DNA of 64,000 nt from an uncultured Bacilli bacterium (GTDB lineage: Bacteria > Bacillota_I > Bacilli_A > RF39 > UBA660): the NCBI GenBank assembly GCA_934131005.1, contig CAKOYV010000001.1:79868-143867 (forward strand). The letters run 5' to 3'. This document shows positions 30,753 to 40,872 of this stretch, in pieces. Under the pieces are notes generated by a model. The model made no database searches. It was not told the DNA's origin and was given only the letters and a program-made list of their open reading frames with translations. A program made the position numbers and the translations under genes. Every line of letters begins with the position of its first letter. Position 1 is the stretch's first letter.

Positions 30753-31562
30753 CTACATACCCTTTGTTATAAAATAACCAAGAATAACAAAAACAGTACA
30801 GATAATGCCCTCTAAAATACTAATACCTCCTTGAAAAACTCGTACTATTAAAAGAAAAACAGATGATAAAGTTACGCCTATTATAAAGGCAAAAGATAAA
30901 GATTTATAATACTTAAACATAAAATTAACAACTAAAGAAAGAACTATAATACCAATAAATAACCCCATCGAAAAAGGAAGTAAAAAGAAAAGCGTACTAC
31001 CTAACACACTAAAATCAAATATATTAGCAAGTGTTGATAAAAAAGTATTATAAATTCCCATTAGCATAAGTAATGCCGTTGAACTAATACCTGGCAAAAC
31101 AGTACCAACAGCCTCTAAGATGCCCGCTATGAAATATACAAGCAAATCAACAGCATTGTGCCTAATAGCATAACTATTATCCCCTGATATAAAAGAGATT
31201 AATGTCATTATAGCAAAAGATAGACCTATAATTAAATAATCTCCTTTTTTATGCTCTATATTTCCAAGCAAAACAGGAATTCCTCCCAATATAAGCCCCA
31301 CAAACAAAGAAGTAGTATAAACATAATAATTAACAATAAAATAACTAAGCACTCTACTAAACCCAACAATTCCAAGACCTATTCCTAATCCTAAATTAAA
31401 AAGAAACAAAAAATTCCCCTTAACATCATCAAAAAAATTAGTAATAGCACAAATAGCCTTATCATATAAATTAAAACTAATCATCAAAACTGCTCCAGAT
31501 AAACCTGGTATTATTTTCGCAACGCCAATTATAATTCCCTTTAAAAAATTTTTAATATTCAT
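30753..31562 (-). CDS. DUF368-family membrane protein (candidate polyprenyl-phosphate translocase)
   Basis: Duplicated IPGLSGA / LPGISST motifs, about 8 TM. Confidence 0.5.
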   Translation of the reverse strand: MNIKNFLKGIIIGVAKIIPGLSGAVLMISFNLYDKAICAITNFFDDVKGNFLFLFNLGLGIGLGIVGFSRVLSYFIVNYYVYTTSLFVGLILGGIPVLLGNIEHKKGDYLIIGLSFAIMTLISFISGDNSYAIRHNAVDLLVYFIAGILEAVGTVLPGISSTALLMLMGIYNTFLSTLANIFDFSVLGSTLFFLLPFSMGLFIGIIVLSLVVNFMFKYYKSLSFAFIIGVTLSSVFLLIVRVFQGGISILEGIICTVFVILGYFITKGM

Positions 31563-31604
31563 ACTAATATATATGATATTAAAAAAAATTTATCATATAT
31601 ATTA
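31563..31604. promoter_or_regulatory. Perfect 15-bp inverted repeat with 12-nt A-rich spacer in a divergent intergenic region
   Basis: CTAATATATATGATA-TTAAAAAAAATT-TATCATATATATTAG, read directly. Confidence 0.5.
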
Positions 31605-31621
31605 GTATGAGGTGAAGAAAA

Positions 31622-32116
31622 ATTATAACAAACTTCTTTCGTCAAAATATCTGTGAATATGCCTATACATTCCTTGATAAAGCATATACATCAGGAAAAA
31701 GTGGCACAGATAGTTTTGATGCTCCAGGCTTTACCTGGTATCTTTTCAACAAGCTATTCCAAATAGACATCAATAAAGATGGCTACGGTCTTGATAATAC
31801 AACCAAGCAAATGACAAATAATTTAGGAACCATTAAAATATATCCCGAAGACGATAAGAATAAAGAAAAATATCTAAAAGACATTAAACCTGGCGAAATT
31901 TTATTTTTTCATACACTAAAAAGCCAAGATAAAAAACCCGAAGCAACCAATAAATACCCTGGCCACGTCGGATTATATCTAGGCAATAACACTTTCATTC
32001 ATGCCAACTATCAAGCCGGAAAAATCACTACTAACCTACTTGATGACTATTGGCTAAAAAAACTAGTAGCAAGCCGTGATTTAATAGAATATCTAACCAA
32101 AAATTATCCTAAATAG
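31622..32116 (+). pseudogene. NlpC/P60-like domain protein lacking a canonical start and lacking the catalytic Cys
   Basis: Frame open from 31616 with no ATG/GTG/TTG before 31811. GAGGTGA SD lies 6-9 nt before ATT/ATA codons. Domain aligns with NlpC/P60 but GFDCSG is SFDAPGF (Cys to Ala) while the His in GHVGLYLGNNTFIHA is kept. Confidence 0.4.
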
Positions 32117-32124
32117 GATTTTTT

Positions 32125-32937
32125 TTATGCACCACTACCAACATTTTTTGAATCTTTACTATTACTATTCTTAAAAGAATCACTATTAGCAATATCTTGT
32201 AACTCATCTATCAATTTATTATAACCTGTTGCCTTATTATCATCAGAAAAATAAACCTCTCCCTTCTCTATCTCTAAAGAAGCATTATTAGCCTTCAAAT
32301 AATCAATAATTTCTCTCTCTTTACTAAAAAACTTATCCAAATCAACTGCTAATTTTTTCATATCACTCTTAATTTGCTTCAACTCTTGCAAATCTTTTTT
32401 ACTATACATAAGTTCCTTATATAAATCAAGATAATAATCATCATCCAACTTTTCCGAATCAACCAAAGACTTAATTTTCTTCTCATCACATAGCTCCGAA
32501 ATAGACTCCATTGCTTCCACAACCTTTGAAGATGCATCATCAATTAATTTATAACTTTTCTTAAATTCAGGCCTATCACTCTCTAAATTATCTCCCGATA
32601 ATATATTTGCCAAATCATCATCATCTAAATAATGATCAATTACCTTAACATCATCAGATAATTCCTTATAATATTTCTTAATAGCCTCCTCAATATAAGC
32701 ATAATCTCCCTTAGTTTTAATTTTTATATCATAATTATCACTACCCAAATCCTTATTATTAAGTTTAACAATCTCTTGCTTCAAAATAGCTTCCTGCTTC
32801 ATATCATCATAAACAAAATAACCAACACCTCCAATAATAATAAGTATAATCAACAATATAATTATAATAATTATCCTCTTCATAAAAACTCCATCTCCAT
32901 ATTCATTCCTTAACAATCTTTGCATTAATAAAATCAA
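32125..32937 (-). CDS. Membrane-anchored acidic coiled-coil protein, hypothetical
   Basis: One N-terminal TM, then a D/E/K-rich helical region. Confidence 0.3.
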   Translation of the reverse strand: MILLMQRLLRNEYGDGVFMKRIIIIIILLIILIIIGGVGYFVYDDMKQEAILKQEIVKLNNKDLGSDNYDIKIKTKGDYAYIEEAIKKYYKELSDDVKVIDHYLDDDDLANILSGDNLESDRPEFKKSYKLIDDASSKVVEAMESISELCDEKKIKSLVDSEKLDDDYYLDLYKELMYSKKDLQELKQIKSDMKKLAVDLDKFFSKEREIIDYLKANNASLEIEKGEVYFSDDNKATGYNKLIDELQDIANSDSFKNSNSKDSKNVGSGA

Positions 32938-33006
32938 TTATATTGTATCACATATCTTCCAAAATAGTAAAATTAATATTCCAATATATATAATTTTTCA
33001 AACATT

Positions 33007-33717
33007 TTACGAATTAAGTATCCAATCTATAATTAATTTTTTGATTTCATAATATTCACTTTCTTCAAATTGCATATTAGCTATACAAAATCGTTTAGAT
33101 GCAATATGGGAACAAAACATACATTCATATAAATCAAAACAATCTTGAATAAATAAAGAATTACTTACTTTATTAGAACAAATAACATTATAACTATTAC
33201 TACAATTTTTGGAATCATCACATCTTATACAAAAATTACACCCACCCGATCTTTGAGAAGCCAATAAAAATTCACTCTTACCACAAGAATCACAGTAAAT
33301 CATATTTCTAGAATCACTACACCCCGTACTTCTATAAATATTTTCACATCTATAAATAGTATCACTCCCAAAAACATCAATAGAATCATAAACTCTCTCA
33401 GTTGTAGTTAAATTAATAGTATTCCATATATCAATTAATTCTTGCAAATTAACTATTTTCCTCTTAGTAAGCATCCAACCACTCTCCCTATCTCTCTTTT
33501 CCATATTCTTATTTGTTATAAATTTACCACTATTAATAGAGTCTGCCCAAGTTATTTCATTTGTAACCGAATCATTTACCTGTTTAGGTAATTTAACATC
33601 AAAAGCAAATTTTTCTAACAAAATATCCATAAAAAAATTATTTTCTCTATCAAATACACTTTCAAATATTTTATTAACAATCAATAACGCCTTAGTACCA
33701 TCCATTTTATCACACAC
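33007..33717 (-). CDS. Cys-rich protein (about 20 Cys in the C-terminal 110 aa), hypothetical partner of the ATPase
   Basis: Start overlaps the ATPase stop by 8 nt (33710-33717); repeated C-x(2-4)-C / CxxS motifs. Confidence 0.35.
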   Translation of the reverse strand: MCDKMDGTKALLIVNKIFESVFDRENNFFMDILLEKFAFDVKLPKQVNDSVTNEITWADSINSGKFITNKNMEKRDRESGWMLTKRKIVNLQELIDIWNTINLTTTERVYDSIDVFGSDTIYRCENIYRSTGCSDSRNMIYCDSCGKSEFLLASQRSGGCNFCIRCDDSKNCSNSYNVICSNKVSNSLFIQDCFDLYECMFCSHIASKRFCIANMQFEESEYYEIKKLIIDWILNS

Positions 33718-35602
33718 CCTTTTTACTTGTTGAATTAGCTATCAAAATATCTTTTAAACTTACATTACCATTTAAATTAAAATTAGTTTTAGATTTATTT
33801 AAATTATCCTTATTAACTGTATTAGTACTCTTACTTGATACCATTCTCTTTATTCTAGGAATACTCGTATAATTTAATGTTCTTCCCTTAAATGCTGGTA
33901 ATAATACACCATTAGACTCTATTCTAGCAATACATTCCCTATTATTAAGCTCTGTTAATAATTTAATTTTTCTCTCTCTAGAATCATCTAATGGTATTTT
34001 CATATTAAAATTATCTACTAATATATTAGCATCTAACTTTGATACTCTAAATATAAAATAATTAATAACATTAGCAAATATAGAATTTCTTAATTCATCA
34101 GATATTTGATTAAAATATTGACCCGCTAATATTAAAGATAAATTATACTTTCTTGCCTCTGATAAATATCTAGACAAAATTGGATTTTCAACGACCGCAA
34201 CCTCATCAATAATAAAGATAATATGCTCACCTATTCCTCGTCTTTTCATTATAGTTAATAACTGTTGCATAATTAACCCTGATATCGTTTTAGTTACTTT
34301 ATCCCCCAACTTTGTTCTATCTAGTGAGAATAAAGTCAAAAAATTATCACAAATAGTATCTTTTAAATTTTTACTATTTTTATTTGAATTAAATACAGGT
34401 ATCATTTCCATCTCATCAATAAAACCTATAATTGGAGATATTGCTTCTCCATAAGCCTTAGTTTTTAAATCATTAAAATCAGATAAAAAAAAGTCTATTA
34501 CACTAATAGGTAAATTACATTTTAATTCCTTTATTAAGCTATTCCTATATTCCAAATCTAATATAAGTCTTCTTAAATTTTTAAAATTAAACTCCCCATA
34601 AGTCAATAGCAAATGTATAGAATGTCTTAAAACTCTCTCTAATTTAGAATTATATTGATAAGCAATTAATGATTTTAATAGCTCTAACAAAAGTTCTGTT
34701 GATGCAACAATATCACTACTATCATTAATAAACAAATCTATACTATCTAAATCACTTTTAAAATCAATTATTTTTCCAATACCACCTATATCATCTTCAA
34801 GAGAAGCATGAGGATCTATTACTACAACTTTATACCTTTCTCTAAGCTCTTCGCATTTATTAATATTATTAATTAATAAGCTTATAAATTTAGATTTACC
34901 ACATCCTGAAGACCCCATTATAATAGAATGCTTAGCAAAACTAAAATTATTTTGTTTTAAATAAAAATCTTCCTGTAAATAAGGAAATGTATCAACTGAT
35001 AATAAAGCATTATTAGAATCATTAGTTAATAAATATAATATTTTACTTACATCTAAATATTTAGGAAAACTCTTATAAAAGTATCTTTTATTTCCTTCAA
35101 AATCTACTGATAATATACTAGTCGCAACAGCAAATATAGCATTATACCTCTTTATTACCCCATCTTTATTAAGGTAAAAACATATTTTAGACTTAATCTT
35201 ATCTTCATACAATTTCCAAAAACTAATTTCTAAATATTCTAAAGTACCTTTATTTCTAACTTCATTATAATTTATTAAATCTATAATACTACTCCCAACT
35301 TTAATTAATGAAAAGAACGTATATTTTGGATTATGAACCTCTACTAACTTTCCTTCCTTTAACAAAAAAGAATTCAAATTATTTACCGTAGCAGGCAAAT
35401 TACATCTAGTTTTAATAAAATATCTTATTTGATTTCTATCATTAGTAATAATTATTTTCCATCCCTTTAAAATACCATTATAATCTGATATTGTCTTAAT
35501 TAATTCTAACCATTCTTCTTTTGTAACAAATTTTTTAGTTAGATATATTTCTGAAGTTACCCCATAACAAATCGCCTCACAAAAAGTATACCAAAATGGC
35601 AA
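33710..35602 (-). CDS. HerA/FtsK-superfamily (DUF87-like) P-loop ATPase
   Basis: Walker A IMGSSGCGKSKF followed by VVIDPHASLED (HerA-like iDPHGEY), Walker B IIFIIDEVAVV, LILAGQ sensor-like motif; 230-aa N-terminal domain without TM. Confidence 0.5.
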   Translation of the reverse strand: MPFWYTFCEAICYGVTSEIYLTKKFVTKEEWLELIKTISDYNGILKGWKIIITNDRNQIRYFIKTRCNLPATVNNLNSFLLKEGKLVEVHNPKYTFFSLIKVGSSIIDLINYNEVRNKGTLEYLEISFWKLYEDKIKSKICFYLNKDGVIKRYNAIFAVATSILSVDFEGNKRYFYKSFPKYLDVSKILYLLTNDSNNALLSVDTFPYLQEDFYLKQNNFSFAKHSIIMGSSGCGKSKFISLLINNINKCEELRERYKVVVIDPHASLEDDIGGIGKIIDFKSDLDSIDLFINDSSDIVASTELLLELLKSLIAYQYNSKLERVLRHSIHLLLTYGEFNFKNLRRLILDLEYRNSLIKELKCNLPISVIDFFLSDFNDLKTKAYGEAISPIIGFIDEMEMIPVFNSNKNSKNLKDTICDNFLTLFSLDRTKLGDKVTKTISGLIMQQLLTIMKRRGIGEHIIFIIDEVAVVENPILSRYLSEARKYNLSLILAGQYFNQISDELRNSIFANVINYFIFRVSKLDANILVDNFNMKIPLDDSRERKIKLLTELNNRECIARIESNGVLLPAFKGRTLNYTSIPRIKRMVSSKSTNTVNKDNLNKSKTNFNLNGNVSLKDILIANSTSKKGV

Positions 35603-35640
35603 AAGAAAAAATTGACTTTTTAATAATCAATTTTGTCAGT

Positions 35641-36444
35641 TTAATAAATTGCTACTAGAAAATCAGTTATACCATCATGATAATATTCTAACTCAGGTAA
35701 TTCTTTCAAATTATATTTAACTGATGGTAAAAACTCGCCATAAAACTTATGCGATATTTCTTGAATTTCTTTAGGATTTTGTGAATTAATCCTAAACTTC
35801 AACCACTTACTTTTAGGTATTTTAATTTGTTCAAATCCTTCAATTTTCTTATCATATAAACAATAATATCTTTGACTCTCTTTATGCAAAAGATCATAAG
35901 TAATCATTCCATATATAACACTACCACATGTACTTAAATATTTATCCTCAACACTCTTAAAAAAAATTGGAGCATACTTACCGATTTCATCATTATTAAC
36001 TATAATACTAACACCATACAAATCCATCTCATCTAGAGTAACTATTTCATAATCTAACTCAGTAGTAAAATTTATATTTTCATTAAAAACTATCCTAGGA
36101 AAATTTTTTAACTTTGTCTCTTTATTTACTAAACTAGGCTTAATACCATGAAATTTTTCAAATGCTCTTGAAAAAGATGTAGCATTCCCATATTGGTATT
36201 TAAACGCAACATCTATTACCTTTAAATGTCCTTCATATAAATCATATCCAGCACTAGATAGCCTTCTTTTTCTAATATATTCAGCCAAGGAAATACCCGC
36301 TATCATAGTAAATAACCTCTGCATCGTATAAACATTTACACCCAATACTTTGGCCAAAACTTCATAATTAATCTCTTCTTCTAAATTTTCATCAATATAT
36401 TTAGTAATTTCATTTAAACTTTTATAGATATTCAAAATAATCAC
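35641..36444 (-). CDS. AraC-family transcriptional regulator with C-terminal GyrI-like effector-binding domain
   Basis: N-terminal AraC HTH (VNVYTMQRLF...ATSFSRAFEKFHGIKP) followed by a roughly 150-aa GyrI-like domain. Confidence 0.7.
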   Translation of the reverse strand: MIILNIYKSLNEITKYIDENLEEEINYEVLAKVLGVNVYTMQRLFTMIAGISLAEYIRKRRLSSAGYDLYEGHLKVIDVAFKYQYGNATSFSRAFEKFHGIKPSLVNKETKLKNFPRIVFNENINFTTELDYEIVTLDEMDLYGVSIIVNNDEIGKYAPIFFKSVEDKYLSTCGSVIYGMITYDLLHKESQRYYCLYDKKIEGFEQIKIPKSKWLKFRINSQNPKEIQEISHKFYGEFLPSVKYNLKELPELEYYHDGITDFLVAIY

Positions 36445-36556
36445 CTATATCTCATTTTACCATAAAATTAATAACTTTAATGATTTTTACTAATTTTAGC
36501 ATCAAATCTCCAACCAGAATTTAAATTTTGCAAAATATCCTAAAAATGAAAATTTA

Positions 36557-37486
36557 TTATTTAACAATCTTTGTATTAATAAAATCAACTATATCATTAT
36601 AAACCTCTAAATATTTAGCTTCATGTAATATATCATGACGCATACCAGGATATATTTTCATATCAACTGAAGCTATTTTAGCCTGTTTAAATTTATTATA
36701 AGTTTTAATAACTCCCTTACCAAAATTGCCAACCGGATCATCTCCACCAGACAAAAGCAAAATTGGCATCTCTTTACTCATTTTTTCTATATTTTTCTTA
36801 AAACAGGCAACCTGCATACTATTTAACATCTCTCTAAATAAACCTACTGTAAAATCTCCTCCTCTATGTACATCAGCTATATATTCATCTAATTGCTTAT
36901 TATCAGCACATAACCAATCATAATCAGTTCTATTTGGCTTAAATTTCTTATTATAAGTACCAAACGTTAATTTCCTTATACCAGGACTAGTCTTATTATC
37001 ATCTACATGCCTTCCCTCATTCCATACAGCCATTCTAGCAAGCTTTAATTCTATAGACGAAATATCACCAGTTCCCATAATAATAGCCCCATCTACCAAT
37101 CCAGGGTACTCAATTAATAAATCTCTAACTAAAAATGATCCCAAAGAAAAACCTATCAGACAATAAGGAACATTATCATATTCACCACTCCCCTTAAGAT
37201 AACAAGTATATAAATCACCAACCGCATCTTCATAACTGCCATCAGTCCCAAAATACATAACATTATCTTTATTTAAAACTGATTCTCCATGTCCCAAATG
37301 ATCATTCCCAATAACCACAAAACCACGTTCTGTCATATATTTAGCAAATCTATCATATCTAAGAATATATTCTGTAACTCCATGTGCTATTTGAATAACA
37401 CCTCGAACCTTACCATCAGGAACCCATTTTACCCCATGAATCTTTGTCTTACCATCACAAGAATCATAATAAAAATCCTCTCTCAT
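36557..37486 (-). CDS. Alpha/beta hydrolase (lysophospholipase/monoacylglycerol-lipase-like)
   Basis: HG oxyanion motif, GFSLGS nucleophile elbow, C-terminal His. Confidence 0.7.
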   Translation of the reverse strand: MREDFYYDSCDGKTKIHGVKWVPDGKVRGVIQIAHGVTEYILRYDRFAKYMTERGFVVIGNDHLGHGESVLNKDNVMYFGTDGSYEDAVGDLYTCYLKGSGEYDNVPYCLIGFSLGSFLVRDLLIEYPGLVDGAIIMGTGDISSIELKLARMAVWNEGRHVDDNKTSPGIRKLTFGTYNKKFKPNRTDYDWLCADNKQLDEYIADVHRGGDFTVGLFREMLNSMQVACFKKNIEKMSKEMPILLLSGGDDPVGNFGKGVIKTYNKFKQAKIASVDMKIYPGMRHDILHEAKYLEVYNDIVDFINTKIVK

Positions 37487-37693
37487 TCTATCCCTCCATT
37501 ATATATAATTATATTGTATCATGTATACCTTAAGATGTAAATTAATGTTCAAAAAATCATTAGGTTATGATAAAACAAAACATAAATTAAACCATACATT
37601 ACATGTAGTTGACAAGCAGTTAATTAACAATATAAATTCTGTTATGATAATTGTATAAAAATTAAAAATAGTGTATCATTATAATAGGAGGAA

Positions 37694-38530
37694 GTGAATG
37701 AAATGAATGAAAAGAAGTATTTAAATGAAGAAAATTATGAAAAAGGAAAGAGAAAAGTTAAATTAATTGCATTGATTGTTTTGGTTGTAGGATTATGTAT
37801 AGGTGGAGGATTAATTGCAAAAGGTTTAATCACTCAAAATAGTGTTAATTCTAAATATTCTGAAAAGAATAAAGCAGATTTGCAACAAAAATTAGAAACA
37901 GAAAAGCAAAATCTTATCTCCAAAAAAACAGAATTAGAAAAAGAAATAAAAACAAAAACAGATACCATTCAGAAACAAATAAATACATTAAACACTAAAT
38001 TAGCTAATTTAAAAGCACAACAAAGTACTGAATTTCATGCAAATGGTTTTTCTGAAAAATATTATTCTTTAGAAAGCGAAATTAATAGTATCAACAATGA
38101 AATAAACACTTTAAAATCAAATATTCAAAATGAAAATTCATCAACTGATATCATTGACAAAGCATTAGATGATAGTTTTGATTATTGCAAATTAGAAGCA
38201 AAAAGTAATTCTTATACCGCTAATTATTGTTCAATAAAAAATCAAATTAATAACTTAACTGATTTTAACAAAGAATTTGATTCATTTGATAGTATTCCAT
38301 TTTATATTTCTGGAGCATTTATAATTATTGTAAGTTGTATGATTTCTGGATCTATTTATGCGTTTGCTAAAAGAAGAGAACTTGTTGCATTTACAACTCA
38401 ACAAGTTATACCAGTTGCCAAAGAAAGTATAGATGAAATGGCACCTACACTTAGTAATGCTGCAGGTGAAATTGCTAAAGGCATAAAAAAAGGATTAAAT
38501 GATGATGAAAATAAATCGAGTAGAGATTAA
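37694..38530 (+). CDS. Membrane protein with long coiled-coil (TM-coiled-coil-TM), hypothetical
   Basis: Topology from hydrophobicity; heptad-rich middle. Confidence 0.3.
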   Translation: MNEMNEKKYLNEENYEKGKRKVKLIALIVLVVGLCIGGGLIAKGLITQNSVNSKYSEKNKADLQQKLETEKQNLISKKTELEKEIKTKTDTIQKQINTLNTKLANLKAQQSTEFHANGFSEKYYSLESEINSINNEINTLKSNIQNENSSTDIIDKALDDSFDYCKLEAKSNSYTANYCSIKNQINNLTDFNKEFDSFDSIPFYISGAFIIIVSCMISGSIYAFAKRRELVAFTTQQVIPVAKESIDEMAPTLSNAAGEIAKGIKKGLNDDENKSSRD

Positions 38531-38582
38531 ATAATTAATTTATTTAATCCCTCAGAGTATTGAACTTTGTCAACACTCTGAA

Positions 38583-38610
38583 CCATCAACTATGTTGATG
38601 GTTTTTCTCT
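38583..38610 (+). terminator. Rho-independent terminator
   Basis: CCATCAAC-TAT-GTTGATGG followed by TTTTTCTCT. Confidence 0.6.
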
Positions 38611-38782
38611 AGCCCCTATAAAGATTATTATTCTAATTACAATTAAAAGCTACCTTTTTATTAACCGTAAATTAACACTCCAATAGTTTAGAAAATCACT
38701 ATAAAAAAACAAAGAGACAAAAAAAAACAACTATTTCTAGTCAGTTTATTAAAAACTCAAACTTGAGCTAATTATCATTAAT

Positions 38783-38856
38783 TGGAGGGCCTAGTCGGAT
38801 TTGAACCAACGATCAGGGAGTTGCAGTCCCATGCCTTACCACTTGGCTATAGACCC
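38783..38856 (-). tRNA. tRNA-Cys (anticodon GCA), CCA encoded
   Basis: Cloverleaf folded by eye: acceptor GGGTCTA/TAGGCCC, D-arm GCCA..GGCA, anticodon loop CTGCAAC, T-arm GTTGG-TTCAAAT-CCGAC, 3' TCCA. Confidence 0.85.
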
Positions 38857-38973
38857 AATAACAATTAATATTATATAATAAATTAAAGCTAAGTGTCAAC
38901 ACCTTTGAATTATTTTTTAAAGAAAATTATCTCGTATAAATAATTACCATAATAATCAAAAAGAAAAAAAGAG

Positions 38974-39414
38974 TTAGTCCCTATTTCTCATAGCATACCT
39001 CTTTTTTTCTTTTATCATATATTCAGACATAATAGTCTCAATCTCTTCCAAAGCATTACGACTTATATGAGATAAGAAAACTTCTTCCTTAACTGTATCA
39101 AGAATAACACTCCCCCATAAAAGTCCACGATGAATAGTTAAATCATTAAACATATCAGGTGTTATAGAAATAAAGAAATACCCCCATACAATTCTCTTAG
39201 TTGCTACTATAATTCTCTTATTAGTCAATGCTATAACATTAGTATAAAACATCTCATAAAATTTACTACTCTTCTGAGCCGGAAAAGCATAAAGAATCTC
39301 TTCATCTGGATTCAAATGCATATCCACAACCTCACAATGACGTGCTAATCTAAAAGCAACAGTCGATGGATATTTACTTTTAAAACGCTTAACCATTTCA
39401 TAACACTTACTCAT
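38974..39414 (-). CDS. Bacterial PH-domain (bPH_2/YdbT-like) protein
   Basis: LNPDEEILYAFPAQKSS ... NKRIIVATKR ... GSVILDT pattern. Confidence 0.4.
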   Translation of the reverse strand: MSKCYEMVKRFKSKYPSTVAFRLARHCEVVDMHLNPDEEILYAFPAQKSSKFYEMFYTNVIALTNKRIIVATKRIVWGYFFISITPDMFNDLTIHRGLLWGSVILDTVKEEVFLSHISRNALEEIETIMSEYMIKEKKRYAMRNRD

Positions 39415-39430
39415 ATCTAATCACCAACTT

Positions 39431-39946
39431 TTATTCACTTTTACTATTTTTATATTCATCAATATCAAAATACTTTTTATAAGTTTTTAATAAATTACTA
39501 GCGGTTGTCTCTCCTTCAATATAATTTACAGTTTGCTTACCAACTTGTATTAAAGTAGTAGGAGTTCCCCAATTATTACCTTTTTCTTTAAAGAAAGTCG
39601 TAGATTTTTCTAATTTTGTCCAATCAGCTTCTTTCATTTCATCAGTATCAATATAATACATAGGTAATTTATTATCCTTAGCAAATTTTTCTGCAACTGG
39701 CATAAAGTTTTGACAGTGTGAACAAGTAGTTCTTTCAATTATAACAACAAAAGAATCTTTATTATCAATCTTCTTTTGATACTCATCATAACTTAACTTA
39801 ACAAGTCCACTATCACCACTAAGCTTCAAAGGTAAATCATACTTAATTTCCTCTTCTTTATTTCCTTTCATTACAAAACACCCTAATAATATTACCAATA
39901 CTACTCCAACTATTAGAGCAATATCTGTCTTCTTAATCTTCTTCAT
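39431..39946 (-). CDS. Membrane-anchored thioredoxin-fold thiol-disulfide oxidoreductase (TlpA/ResA/Bdb-like)
   Basis: N-terminal TM; CSHC active site. Confidence 0.7.
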   Translation of the reverse strand: MKKIKKTDIALIVGVVLVILLGCFVMKGNKEEEIKYDLPLKLSGDSGLVKLSYDEYQKKIDNKDSFVVIIERTTCSHCQNFMPVAEKFAKDNKLPMYYIDTDEMKEADWTKLEKSTTFFKEKGNNWGTPTTLIQVGKQTVNYIEGETTASNLLKTYKKYFDIDEYKNSKSE

Positions 39947-40030
39947 ACTTACCTCCTAAATTCATTTTACTATGTTTTATAACTAAAATCAAGAAAAAGC
40001 TTTATAAAATAAAAAGAAGATAAATATAAA

Positions 40031-40861
40031 CTACTCATCTTCTACCTTAGCATCTATTACTTTCTTAAGCCTTCTACCTCTTAACCTTGTATCATTACTA
40101 TTACTACTAACTTTAGAATCATTAAATATTACCTTAGTATTAGATAATATCTCATGTAATCCTCTATTATCAAGCCTAACCATTACCATAATCATAATAA
40201 TTGCACTCAAATAATTTCTAATATTACCAAGTATTATACTTGAAGTATAAAAAGTATTAGCATCACTTATCATACTAGCAATTACTACCCCCAAATAATA
40301 AAGTGGATTATATAAAATAAGTACTCTTACTAAATATTGCCAATTCAAAACACTACCATCTTGTACTGAAACAATTCTAAGTCCCATTATCTTCTTACCA
40401 ATAGTAGCACCCTTCATAAGAATATTACAAGCCATAAAATAAACAGTAATAACTAAAGCTCCAATAATATTTCCCGCAATAGAATATTTACTCAACTTAT
40501 AGTTAATTTTCTTATATTTATCTTCATACTCACGACTAATATCCTTAGATAATTTTTTATAATTACTAGAAGTAAGCTTTCCATCATGATAATATTTTGA
40601 CACTTTATCCTTAAACGAAGGATATTTAGAAATAAGCACCTTATACTCTTTATTACTCAAATCCTTATCTTGATAATAATCAGACAAATCCTTAGCAAAA
40701 TTAGTATACTCGCTATAAATCTTAACATACTTATGATAATAAGTATTATATTTAGAATTACTAGGATTAAGAAAAGGAATACTAGTAAGTCCCATAATAA
40801 TAGTATATACAATCAACATATCAATAATATATGCTAAAAAACGTTTAAAAATCTTCTTCAA
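40031..40861 (-). CDS. RDD-family membrane protein
   Basis: N-terminal RFLAYIIDMLIVYTI motif and TM segments. Confidence 0.45.
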   Translation of the reverse strand: MKKIFKRFLAYIIDMLIVYTIIMGLTSIPFLNPSNSKYNTYYHKYVKIYSEYTNFAKDLSDYYQDKDLSNKEYKVLISKYPSFKDKVSKYYHDGKLTSSNYKKLSKDISREYEDKYKKINYKLSKYSIAGNIIGALVITVYFMACNILMKGATIGKKIMGLRIVSVQDGSVLNWQYLVRVLILYNPLYYLGVVIASMISDANTFYTSSIILGNIRNYLSAIIMIMVMVRLDNRGLHEILSNTKVIFNDSKVSSNSNDTRLRGRRLKKVIDAKVEDE

Positions 40862-40872
40862 AACACACCTAC

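Noticed and set aside
38531-38973. Possible genomic island integrated at tRNA-Cys (accessory block 33007-38530 ends near it)
   Set aside because: No integrase, no direct repeat of the tRNA 3' end could be found by eye. Left as context only.
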